Assembly (NCBI GenBank): GCA_963776545.1
Contig: CAVZND010000001.1
Location: forward strand, 278,345-342,344
Direction of reading: 5' to 3'
Length of the DNA: 64,000 bases
From: an uncultured Chloroflexia bacterium
GTDB taxonomy: Bacteria; Chloroflexota; Limnocylindria; Limnocylindrales; CSP1-4
How positions within the stretch are numbered: position 1 is the stretch's first letter; every line of letters starts with the position of its first letter. The notes beneath the pieces are model-generated. The model did no database searches. It saw nothing but the letters and a program-made list of their open reading frames with translations, and had not been told where the DNA came from. Below are positions 27,686-36,148 of this stretch, piece after piece. Made by a program: the position numbers and the translations under genes.

Positions 27686-28801
27686 ATGGAAGCACGGGCC
27701 GGGACGCAGTCCGGGGACAACCGCTTTGACGGGCTCCGTGCGGAAGCGAGTGCGGCCGTTGGCTACAGCGCCAATACGCTGCGCGGCATCCGCGAGCGAT
27801 ATCGCGAGGCCTACGGTGAGGCGCTCGTGCGCTGGCAGGCGCTCCGAGACCAGCTCGACGGCATCGACCGTGGCCCCGGCATGCGCCGGAAGTCGGCCGC
27901 CAAGGCGACGGCCGAGGAACTGGCCGCGAGTGCCGCCGAGGCCGGGGCGGACGATGCCCTCGAGCGCACCCTCCGCTCGGAGGTCGACCTGTTGATCGAG
28001 CAGCTTGGCGGCCACCAGTCCGAGTTGGCCAAGCTGGAGCTCGCCCAGAGCACGCTCGAGCGGACGTGGCTGTTCATGGAGCGCGGCGACGTCTCGCTGG
28101 TCAGCGAGGCGGACGGGCCGCTGACCTCGGGCGACATCCAGATGCGGATCGTCGAGGCGCAGGAGGCCGAACGGTCCCGACTCGCGCAGGAGATCCACGA
28201 CGGACCGGCCCAGGTGCTCGGAAACGCGATCTTCCAGATCGAATATGTCGAGCGGGTCCTGCCGACCGATCCACGGACCGCGGCGGCGGAGCTGGCGACG
28301 CTGCGGGAGATGCTTCGGCGCGAGCTGGGCACGCTCCGGGCGTTCATCAGCCTGCTGCGTCCGCCCTTGCTCGACGAGCTGGGCCTCGAGGGCGCGATCT
28401 TGGACACCATCGAGCACGTTCGCGCGATGACGGGGCTGGTCATCGCCGCGGACCTGGCGGCGCCGAGCCAGGCCCTCGACGATCGCGCGCGAACCGTGGC
28501 GCTGCGAGTCGTCCAGGAGGCCCTGCAGAATGTCCGCAAGCATGCAGCCGCCGGCAACGTGACCGTCAGCACGTCGCTCGACGGGGATACCTGGACCCTT
28601 GAGGTGCGCGATGATGGCCGTGGCTTCGATGCTGGGGCCGTTGCGGCCAGGGGCCGGAGCAACTTTGGCCTCCAGTTCATGCGCGAGCGCGCCGAGTTGA
28701 TCGGGGCTCGCGTGGACGTTCGATCGCGACCGGACGGCGGGACCGTCGTGCGGCTGTCGATCCCAATCCATGACATGGCGAAGCAGAGGGAGAGCAGATG
28801 A
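27686..28801 (+). CDS. Cytoplasmic HisKA_3 sensor histidine kinase, DegS-like
   Basis: Coiled-coil N-terminus with no TM; ERSRLAQEIHDGPAQ, LDELGL, QEALQNVRKHA, DDGRGFD, FGLQFMRERA, GGT; alternative start 27656. Confidence 0.9.
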   Translation: MEARAGTQSGDNRFDGLRAEASAAVGYSANTLRGIRERYREAYGEALVRWQALRDQLDGIDRGPGMRRKSAAKATAEELAASAAEAGADDALERTLRSEVDLLIEQLGGHQSELAKLELAQSTLERTWLFMERGDVSLVSEADGPLTSGDIQMRIVEAQEAERSRLAQEIHDGPAQVLGNAIFQIEYVERVLPTDPRTAAAELATLREMLRRELGTLRAFISLLRPPLLDELGLEGAILDTIEHVRAMTGLVIAADLAAPSQALDDRARTVALRVVQEALQNVRKHAAAGNVTVSTSLDGDTWTLEVRDDGRGFDAGAVAARGRSNFGLQFMRERAELIGARVDVRSRPDGGTVVRLSIPIHDMAKQRESR

Positions 28802-29544
28802 GTGCAGTCGACTACGGCGGGCCCGAGCGCCGAAGAGGCGGGCCAGATCGGCGGAACGTCGGGGATCGGACTCGGATCCTGATCGTCGACGACCACGCCC
28901 TCTTCCGCGTCGGGATCGCCAACATCCTGAGCCGGGAGCCCGACCTGGACATCGTCGCCGAGGCGGACGACTCGCGGAGCGCCATCGATCGCGCCATCGA
29001 GACCTCGCCCGATATCGTCCTCATGGACCTCTCGCTGCCGGCGCCCGGCGGCATCGAGACGACCCAGCGCATCAAGCGCGAGCTGCCCTCGACGGCCATC
29101 ATCGTGCTCGCCGTCAGCGAAGACGAGGACGCCCTGTTCGATGCGATCAAGGCCGGTGCCGCGGCCTTCATCCTGAAGGACGTCGGGCCCGATGACCTCG
29201 TCACGATCATCCGCCGGGTGGTCGCCGGCGAGTACCTCATCAACGACAAGGTCTTCGCAAAGCCGGCCGTCGCCTCGCGCGTCCTCAAGGAATTCCGAGA
29301 GTTGGCGGTCTACGGCCAGGAGGCCGCCCCGATCTTCGCGCCGCTCTCACCGCGCGAGGTCGAGATCCTCGACAATATCGCGCAGGGCATGACCAACAAG
29401 CAGGTCGCCTACGCCTTGTCGATCAGCGAGCAAACGGTCAAGAATCATATGAGCTCCATCCTGCGCAAGCTGTCCGTCAACGATCGGACCCAGGCGGTCG
29501 TCTACGCGATGCGCCAAGGCTGGATCCGGATGCCGGAGGACTGA
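28798..29544 (+). CDS. NarL/DegU-family response regulator (REC + LuxR HTH)
   Basis: LIVDDH, VLMDL, FILKD, LSPREVEIL..IAQGMTNKQVA..LSISEQTVKNH. Confidence 0.95.
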   Translation: MSAVDYGGPERRRGGPDRRNVGDRTRILIVDDHALFRVGIANILSREPDLDIVAEADDSRSAIDRAIETSPDIVLMDLSLPAPGGIETTQRIKRELPSTAIIVLAVSEDEDALFDAIKAGAAAFILKDVGPDDLVTIIRRVVAGEYLINDKVFAKPAVASRVLKEFRELAVYGQEAAPIFAPLSPREVEILDNIAQGMTNKQVAYALSISEQTVKNHMSSILRKLSVNDRTQAVVYAMRQGWIRMPED

Positions 29545-29585
29545 CCGATCACGACCCCAGCGACGCACGCGACCCGCGAACGCCC

Positions 29586-30851
29586 ATGACCGACGCTTCG
29601 ACGACCGAACCGACCACCGCCGACGCCCCGGCGACCGAGGCCCCGCCGGCCGAGGCCCCGGAGGTCCCCGCCCCGCGAACCCTGGCCGAGCTGTCCACCC
29701 GCCTGGCGGCGGAGGTCGAGCGCCTGGACGGCGAGCTCGGTGAAGTGGACCTGCTGGTGACGCAGGCCACCACGGAGGCCGCCCGACACGAGAGCCGCCG
29801 GAACAGCACGGCCGAGAAGCTCTCGACCCTCACCAGACAGGGCGAGTCCAACGAGCTCCTCGACCTGAGCGCCCAGCTCACGTCCCTCACCAAGCGTGCC
29901 GCACTGATGGAGTCGCAGGTCGACGTCCTCGAGGGCAAGCGTCGGGCCCTCGCCCGGCACCGCGAGGCGATGTCGTTGTATGCCGATGCGGTCGCGGCGA
30001 TGGACCCTTCGACGCCGGTGGCGTCAGCGCAGACGGCCGCCAAGGGCGGACGGAAGTCGGCAGCGTCCGACGGCGAGACGATGGCTCCGGCCGTCTCCCG
30101 CCTCGTGCTCACCGGCCAGGAGGACCTGCGGCGCGAGATCGCCCGGGCGATGCATGACGGGCCGGCTCAGAGCCTGACGAACATCATCCTCCAGGCGCAG
30201 ATCGTCGAGCGGCTCGTGGCCAAGGACCCGGCCGCGGCGCTCGGCGAGGTCCATCAGCTGATCGGCATGGTCCAGCGGACGCTCGAGGCCACCAAGACGT
30301 TCATCTTCGACGTGCGACCCATGGTCCTCGACGATCTCGGCCTGGTGCCGACGCTCCGGCGATCCGCGCGCGAGCGCGGGCGCAAGGCCGGTGTCGCGGT
30401 CGACTTCGACTCGATGGGCCAGGACCGCCGGCTCCCGATGGACCTCGAGAGCGGGCTGTTCCGCATGCTCGACGAGGCGCTCGTCGGGTATCTCGAGCGA
30501 TCGCCGACCCGCATCTCGATGCGCCTCGACTGGTCCGACCAGATCGAGGCCCGGGTGCATGCCGAGCGGACCGGCGACACGGAAGCCAAGCCGGCGCCTG
30601 AACCCGCTGAGGCCCCCGCCCCGACCGGTGCGGATCTCCCGCCGGCGCTCGCGGCGATGATGGAGGACCGTCGGGCCGACGCCCGCGACGCCGCGGAGAC
30701 GGCTCGACGCGATGCGATCGTCGCGTTGCCCGTCCCGATCTGGCAGGAGATCCAGAGCCGAGCCACGACGCTCGGCATCCTCGCCGACCTGTCCGACGAC
30801 GGATCCGAGCTGCACCTGGTCGCTGAAGCTCCCGTCCCCGCGGAGCGATGA
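29586..30851 (+). CDS. DegS-like HisKA_3 protein with degenerate ATP-binding domain
   Basis: Coiled coil, IARAMHDGPAQSLTN, RPMVLDDLGL; N and G boxes not recognisable. Confidence 0.8.
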   Translation: MTDASTTEPTTADAPATEAPPAEAPEVPAPRTLAELSTRLAAEVERLDGELGEVDLLVTQATTEAARHESRRNSTAEKLSTLTRQGESNELLDLSAQLTSLTKRAALMESQVDVLEGKRRALARHREAMSLYADAVAAMDPSTPVASAQTAAKGGRKSAASDGETMAPAVSRLVLTGQEDLRREIARAMHDGPAQSLTNIILQAQIVERLVAKDPAAALGEVHQLIGMVQRTLEATKTFIFDVRPMVLDDLGLVPTLRRSARERGRKAGVAVDFDSMGQDRRLPMDLESGLFRMLDEALVGYLERSPTRISMRLDWSDQIEARVHAERTGDTEAKPAPEPAEAPAPTGADLPPALAAMMEDRRADARDAAETARRDAIVALPVPIWQEIQSRATTLGILADLSDDGSELHLVAEAPVPAER

Positions 30852-30852
30852 C

Positions 30853-31020
30853 GTGGGCCGACTGTCCCGCGTGCGCGGGCAGGGACTGGTCGAGTACGGC
30901 CTGATCCTCGTCCTGACCGTCGTCTTCACGGTCGTGATCCTTGGCGTTTTTGGCGGAACGGTGGCCGATGTGCTCGCACGAATCGGGGAGGCGATCGACG
31001 CCGCGACGGGGGGTACTTGA
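30853..31020 (+). CDS. flp: Flp family type IVb pilin 1
   Basis: GTG 30853 after GGAG; G|QGLVEY then hydrophobic helix; 55 aa. Confidence 0.8.
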   Translation: MGRLSRVRGQGLVEYGLILVLTVVFTVVILGVFGGTVADVLARIGEAIDAATGGT

Positions 31021-31132
31021 CGGCTTCCGGCCGAACCCCGCACGAACGTGGCTCGGGCGCAACAGAGGGCCTCCGGTAAGTCCGGGCACGTTCGGTACCA
31101 TCGTGCTAGTGCTTTCCTGGAGCACCTCTTCA

Positions 31133-31138
31133 TATAGT
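31133..31138 (+). promoter_or_regulatory. Putative -10 box TATAGT for flp2 (no clear -35)
   Basis: Near-consensus hexamer about 50 nt upstream of ATG 31189. Confidence 0.45.
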
Positions 31139-31188
31139 GGCGCAGCCCTCAGATTTCGGGGGTGAGTACTCATCCAGGAGGCTGCCAC

Positions 31189-31359
31189 ATGGCGCTCTTC
31201 ACTTCGTTCCTCGCTTCCCTTCGCCGGGACGAGGAAGGCCAGGGTCTCGCGGAGTACGCGCTGATCCTCGCCCTCATCGCGATCGTCGCGATCGTCGCCC
31301 TGATCTTCCTGGGCGGCCAGGTCAGCACCATCCTGAGCACGGTCGGCGACTCGATCTAG
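31189..31359 (+). CDS. flp: Flp family type IVb pilin 2
   Basis: AGGAGG SD; EEG|QGLAEYALILALIAIV; 56 aa. Confidence 0.95.
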   Translation: MALFTSFLASLRRDEEGQGLAEYALILALIAIVAIVALIFLGGQVSTILSTVGDSI

Positions 31360-31382
31360 TCGTCGGTCCTCAGTGATCGAAC

Positions 31383-31423
31383 AAGACCGCCGGGCCTCCT
31401 GAGGCCCGGCGGTCTTTCGTTTT
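31383..31423 (+). terminator. Intrinsic terminator after flp2
   Basis: Perfect stem AAGACCGCCGGGCCT/AGGCCCGGCGGTCTT followed by a T-rich tail. Confidence 0.85.
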
Positions 31424-31455
31424 GCAGGACGGCCATGCGACCCGCGTCTGGAGCC

Positions 31456-31485
31456 TTGACAGTCTCTGGGAACCGCCCGTACCGT
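31456..31485 (+). promoter_or_regulatory. Sigma70-type promoter for flp3
   Basis: TTGACA-N18-TACCGT. Confidence 0.6.
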
Positions 31486-31546
31486 GACACGTCCCACGAG
31501 CCCAGCGCGCGTGGAATCTGCACGGAGAGGAGGTACCCTCAAACAC

Positions 31547-31714
31547 ATGTCCCCGCTTCATGCTCTTATCTCGTCCTTCCGTCGGGAAGACGGCCAGGGT
31601 CTCGCGGAATACGCGTTGATCCTCGCCCTCATCGCCATCGTGGCGATCGTGGCACTCATCTTCCTCGGCACCCAGGTCAGCACCATCCTGAGCACGATCG
31701 GCGATTCGATCTAG
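31547..31714 (+). CDS. flp: Flp family type IVb pilin 3
   Basis: GAGGAGG SD; EDG|QGLAEYALILALIAIV; mature part differs from flp2 at 2 residues. Confidence 0.95.
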   Translation: MSPLHALISSFRREDGQGLAEYALILALIAIVAIVALIFLGTQVSTILSTIGDSI

Positions 31715-31740
31715 TCGCCGACTTCACCCCAGGGCCAACG

Positions 31741-31778
31741 AGGCCGCCGGCGCCCGCGAGGGCACGGCGGCCTTTCTC
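31741..31778 (+). terminator. Intrinsic terminator after flp3
   Basis: AGGCCGCCG...CGGCGGCCT stem followed by TTCTC. Confidence 0.7.
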
Positions 31779-31819
31779 GTTGCTGGTGCGCGCACGTCCA
31801 CAGGCCAACCTTCGGGCTA

Positions 31820-31847
31820 TTGACACGTACCCCCCTCGACCTATGGT
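31820..31847 (+). promoter_or_regulatory. Sigma70-type promoter for flp4
   Basis: TTGACA-N16-TATGGT. Confidence 0.6.
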
Positions 31848-31911
31848 GGGATCACCGGCCACGGGTGGTCGGCGCCCGCTAGCGAGCCTCGTGGAAAGGA
31901 GGTGAATCAAG

Positions 31912-32103
31912 ATGACCGCGCACCCGCGTCTGGTCGCCATCGTCCGACGGATCCGACAGGTCGATGGCCAGGGCCTGGCTGAATACGCACTTATCCTCGC
32001 GCTTATCGCCATCGTCGCTATCGTCGCCCTTATCTTCATGGGTAGCCAAGTCAGCGATAAGCTGAGTGTCATCGGAAGTCAGCTGGAATCGGTCAAACCG
32101 TAG
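31912..32103 (+). CDS. flp: Flp family type IVb pilin 4
   Basis: AAAGGAGGTG SD; VDG|QGLAEYALILALIAIV; divergent C-terminus. Confidence 0.92.
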   Translation: MTAHPRLVAIVRRIRQVDGQGLAEYALILALIAIVAIVALIFMGSQVSDKLSVIGSQLESVKP

Positions 32104-32134
32104 GGATCCCGACCGTCCACCCTGTTCCTTTGCT

Positions 32135-32169
32135 GACAGCCCGCCGAGCCGGCGGGCTGTCGACGTTTT
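32135..32169 (+). terminator. Putative terminator after flp4
   Basis: GACAGCCCGCCG/CGGCGGGCTGTC stem, then GACGTTTT. Confidence 0.6.
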
Positions 32170-32366
32170 CGGGCCCTCCTCCGGGCGTCGCGCACCAGGC
32201 CGCAGCCGGCCGCGCGCCTCCCGGTCCGACCTTTCAGGAAACCTTGCGTCACGCACGGATTCCTGCCGTTTCCTCCTAATGGTCCTAGGCCTTTCGTATA
32301 GTCGCGAGCCTCCGGGCCGATGCTACAGTGGTGCCACCTGTCACAAGCCTCTCGGGGAGTAACAAC

Positions 32367-33263
32367 TTGAAGCGCTCTAATCGTCTGGTCCTGCTTGTCG
32401 GGGTCTTTCTCGCGATCGTTGCCTTCGTCGGGATCCTCCTGCTCGTGCGCCAGCCGGCGGACGACAAGGAGAAACCCCCGACCACCGGATTCGTGCTCAT
32501 CGCGACCGTCGACATCCCCCTGTCCGGGAAGATCGAGGCGTCCGCGCTCAAGCGAACGGAGCTCCCGCTCGACAGCATCCTCCCGGGCGCGTTCTCTGAC
32601 GTGTCCCAGGTCGTCGGGAAGATCGCCCGCCAGCCGGTCGCGACCGGCGCCCAGATCACTGCGGACACCATCACCGGTGGCGCGCAGGGCGAGATCCTCG
32701 ACATCGTGACGCCTCCGGGCCTGCGCGCCATCGCGGTCCAGGTCGACCAGGTCACCGGCGTCGGCACGGTCATCAAGACCGGCGACTACGTGGACCTCGT
32801 CAGCGGCGTGACCGGCGACAAGTTCCCGGTCATCACGGTCAACCCGGCCGATGATTCGGTCAGCGTCGTCAGCGGACTCAACAGCACCAGCGTCAAGATC
32901 CTCCTGCAGGGCATGCAGGTCCTTGGCACCCTGTTGCCGCCCGCCGCGGAGACCACCACGAACGACAACAGCGGCGACAACGCGGACCAGGCCAACGCCT
33001 CGCAGCCGGGCACGGCCCTCAACGGCCAGCAGCAGATCGTGATCCTCGCGGTCGACGCCCAGCAGGCCGAGGTCATCAAGTTCGCCCAGCTCGACTCGTC
33101 CATCACGCTCGTGCTCCGTTCGCCGGACGACTTCCTCGATCCGGTCACGCACGAGCCTGTCGCGCCGCTCCCCAACAGCACGACCGGTGTCAACCTCAAG
33201 GAACTCGTCGACCGGTACGGGGTCGTCCCGCCGGAAGTCGTCGAGACCGTGACCCCGCGGTAA
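32367..33263 (+). CDS. cpaB: Flp pilus assembly protein CpaB/RcpC
   Basis: TTG start after GGGGAG; N-terminal TM, SAF-like domain, PPGLRAIAVQVD..TGV...IKTGDYVD. Confidence 0.9.
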   Translation: MKRSNRLVLLVGVFLAIVAFVGILLLVRQPADDKEKPPTTGFVLIATVDIPLSGKIEASALKRTELPLDSILPGAFSDVSQVVGKIARQPVATGAQITADTITGGAQGEILDIVTPPGLRAIAVQVDQVTGVGTVIKTGDYVDLVSGVTGDKFPVITVNPADDSVSVVSGLNSTSVKILLQGMQVLGTLLPPAAETTTNDNSGDNADQANASQPGTALNGQQQIVILAVDAQQAEVIKFAQLDSSITLVLRSPDDFLDPVTHEPVAPLPNSTTGVNLKELVDRYGVVPPEVVETVTPR

Positions 33264-33413
33264 CCAAGTCCGAACACGGCCGAACGTCGGCCGAGCTGAG
33301 ACAGCCCAGACGCGGCGGGCGCGGCGGACCCAAAGGGTCGCGCGCCCGCCGTCGTCGAGGCCTTCGATCGATCCTCGGATCGATCACCTAACGAAGAGCA
33401 AGATCAGAGCGAG

Positions 33414-34673
33414 ATGGCCGACCAGATCCGAGTCCTCGTCGTCGACGACATCCCAGAGACCCGCGATCACCTCACGAAGCTGCTGAGCTTCGAGAGCGAC
33501 ATCGACGTGGTCGGATCGGCCTCGTCCGGCCGAGAGGCGCTGGACATGGCCGGCAAGCTCACGCCCGACATCATCCTGATGGACATCAACATGCCGGACA
33601 TGGACGGCATCACGGCGACCGAGCAGATGGCCGCGACCCTCCCCTCGGCGGCCGTCGTGATGATGTCGGTCCAGGGCGAGGCGGACTACCTGCGACGGTC
33701 CATGCTGGCGGGAGCCCGGGAGTTCCTCGTCAAGCCGTTCAGCAGCGACGAACTCACCGCGTCGATCCGACAGGTCCACTCCCGCGAACGCGACAAGGCC
33801 AGCCGCATGGCGGCCGTCCCGACGGCCGCCACCGGCGGCGGGGGCGCTCCGAATGATGAGTACGCCGGGGAGCCGGGCCGGGTCGTCGCGGTGTTCAGCC
33901 CCAAGGGCGGCGTCGGCCGCACGACGGTCGCCGTCAACCTGGCGGTCGCCGCGGCCACGGACCTCGGCAAGAAGGTCGTGCTCGTCGATGCCTCGTTCCA
34001 GTTCGGGGACGTGGGTGTCCTGCTCAACCTGAATCCCAAGAGCAAGTCGATCGCCGACCTCCTGCCGCAGCTCGAGGCGAACGAAGCAGACGCCCTCGAC
34101 GTGTTCATCATCGACCACAGCTCCGGCGTGCGGGTCCTGCTCGCCCCGCCGACACCCGAGACCGCCGAACTGATCACACCGGCCGCCGTCCGCAAGGTGA
34201 TCGAGGGGCTCCGCCGCAACCACGACCTGGTGGTGGTGGACTGCACCGCATTCTTCAACGACACCACGCTGGCGATCCTTGACATCGCCGACGTGATCCT
34301 GACGATGCTGAGTCTGGAGATCACGAGCATCAAGAACATGCGTCTGTTCCTCGAGGTCGCCCAGCAGCTCGGATACGAGTCGGGGAAGGTCCGCTTGATC
34401 CTCAACCGCGCCGATTCGGCGTTGGGCATCCGCGTCCAGGACGTCGAGCAATCGATCGGCCGCAAGGTCGACGAGACGATCGTCAGCGACGGTCGCAGCG
34501 TCGTGTACGCCCTCAACCGTGGAGTACCGTTCTACCTGTCCAACAAGGAGGCCCAGGTCTCCCAGGACGTCCTCCGCCTCGCTCGGGCGGTCACTGGTGA
34601 GCGCCTGAGCGTGCCAGCCGGCGAAGACAGCCGGAAGTCCAACCAGAAGAAGTCCTTGTTCGCGTGGCGATGA
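33414..34673 (+). CDS. cpaE: CpaE/TadZ-type receiver domain + MinD/ParA-like ATPase
   Basis: REC (VVDD, LMDINMP, LVKP) followed by SPKGGVGRTT, QFGD, LLAP. Confidence 0.9.
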   Translation: MADQIRVLVVDDIPETRDHLTKLLSFESDIDVVGSASSGREALDMAGKLTPDIILMDINMPDMDGITATEQMAATLPSAAVVMMSVQGEADYLRRSMLAGAREFLVKPFSSDELTASIRQVHSRERDKASRMAAVPTAATGGGGAPNDEYAGEPGRVVAVFSPKGGVGRTTVAVNLAVAAATDLGKKVVLVDASFQFGDVGVLLNLNPKSKSIADLLPQLEANEADALDVFIIDHSSGVRVLLAPPTPETAELITPAAVRKVIEGLRRNHDLVVVDCTAFFNDTTLAILDIADVILTMLSLEITSIKNMRLFLEVAQQLGYESGKVRLILNRADSALGIRVQDVEQSIGRKVDETIVSDGRSVVYALNRGVPFYLSNKEAQVSQDVLRLARAVTGERLSVPAGEDSRKSNQKKSLFAWR

Positions 34674-34717
34674 ACACGGCCGTAGTGAGCCCCTCGGGGC
34701 GAAAAGGGGTGTAGGCG

Positions 34718-36127
34718 ATGTCCCTCCTGAAGCGGATCGAGAGCGCTCGACCGGGGTCTACGGGACCCGACGCAGGGCCGGGCGCTCCCGGCTCGAACCT
34801 GCCGGTCGCACCGGGTGGTGCGCCGCCCACGCCGACCTCGCCCAGGCTGACCAGCCAGGCGCCGGTCCGCGAGTCGTTCCGGGACGTGAAGTTCCGCATC
34901 CAGAACCGGGTCATCCAGGACCTGGATCCGAAGCTCGACCTGTCCAACCAGGTCGAGGTCCGGCGCCAGATCGAGGAGATCTTCGGCAAGGTCATCGACG
35001 AGGAAGGCCTCGCGCTGACCCGGGCCGAGCGCGTCCGGATGCTGGAGCAGATCACCGACGAGATCATCGGCCTCGGGCCGCTCGAGCCGCTCCTGCGGGA
35101 CGAGTCGATCACCGAGATCATGGTCAATGGCCCGCGCCAGGTCTACATCGAGCGCTCCGGCAAGCTCGAGCTGACGAACGTGGTCTTCCAGAACGACGAC
35201 CACGTCATGCGCATCATCGACCGCATCATCGCCCCGATCGGTCGCCGGGTGGACGAGTCGAGCCCGATGGTCGACGCCCGCCTGACGGACGGCTCCCGCG
35301 TCAATGCCATCATCCCGCCGCTTTCATTGGTCGGCCCGGTCATCACCATCCGCAAGTTCTCCGCGTCGCCCTTCACGGTCGACGACCTCATCCGGTTCGG
35401 GACCGCCACGGCCGAGATGTTCGACTTCCTGCGCGCCTGCGTGGAAGCTCGCCTGAACATCTTCGTGTCGGGCGGCACCGGCTCGGGCAAGACGACCACC
35501 CTCAACGTCCTCTCCTCGTTCATCCCGAACGACGAACGGATCGTCACCATCGAGGATGCCGCCGAGCTGCAGCTCCGCCAGGAGCACGTGGTGACGCTGG
35601 AGTCCCGCCCGCCGAACATCGAAGGCAAGGGCGCCGTCCCGATCCGCGAGCTCGTGCGCAACGCCCTGCGCATGCGGCCCGATCGCATCATCGTCGGGGA
35701 GTGTCGTTCCGGTGAGGCCCTGGACATGCTCCAGGCCATGAACACCGGCCATGACGGCTCGATGTCGACGGGTCACGCCAACAGCCCGCGCGACATGCTC
35801 TCGCGCCTCGAGACGATGGTCCTGATGGCCGGCGTGGACCTGCCCCTGCGGGCCATCCGCGAGCAGGTCGCCTCCGCCGTCGACCTCATCGTCCAGCAGA
35901 GCCGTCTCAAGGACGGGACCCGCAAGATCGTGAACATCACCGAGGTCCAGGGCATGGAGGGTGATGTCATCGTCATGCAGGACGTGTTCGTCTTCGAACA
36001 GACGGGCGTCGTCGAAGGCAAGATCCAGGGCCGGCTCAAGCCGACCGGGATCCGCCCCAAGTTCGTCGAGAAGTTCGAGGTCATGGGCATCAACCTGCCG
36101 CCTGGCCTGTTCGGCTTCACCTACTAG
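34718..36127 (+). CDS. cpaF: Tad pilus assembly ATPase CpaF/TadA
   Basis: GLGPLEPLL, SGGTGSGKTT, TIEDAAEL, LRMRPDRIIVGE, AMNTGHDG. Confidence 0.97.
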   Translation: MSLLKRIESARPGSTGPDAGPGAPGSNLPVAPGGAPPTPTSPRLTSQAPVRESFRDVKFRIQNRVIQDLDPKLDLSNQVEVRRQIEEIFGKVIDEEGLALTRAERVRMLEQITDEIIGLGPLEPLLRDESITEIMVNGPRQVYIERSGKLELTNVVFQNDDHVMRIIDRIIAPIGRRVDESSPMVDARLTDGSRVNAIIPPLSLVGPVITIRKFSASPFTVDDLIRFGTATAEMFDFLRACVEARLNIFVSGGTGSGKTTTLNVLSSFIPNDERIVTIEDAAELQLRQEHVVTLESRPPNIEGKGAVPIRELVRNALRMRPDRIIVGECRSGEALDMLQAMNTGHDGSMSTGHANSPRDMLSRLETMVLMAGVDLPLRAIREQVASAVDLIVQQSRLKDGTRKIVNITEVQGMEGDVIVMQDVFVFEQTGVVEGKIQGRLKPTGIRPKFVEKFEVMGINLPPGLFGFTY

Positions 36128-36148
36128 GCCACGGAAGGAGCATCGCCC

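Noticed and set aside
31021-31911. Possible c-di-GMP riboswitch in the flp leaders
   Set aside because: I could not match the GEMM two-hairpin pattern with GNRA tetraloop and receptor by eye; an Infernal scan would be needed.
31189-32103. Repeated DNA segments resembling a CRISPR or DGR template/variable-repeat array
   Set aside because: The repeats are flp coding paralogues with mostly synonymous differences; there is no cas gene, reverse transcriptase or adenine-specific variation.
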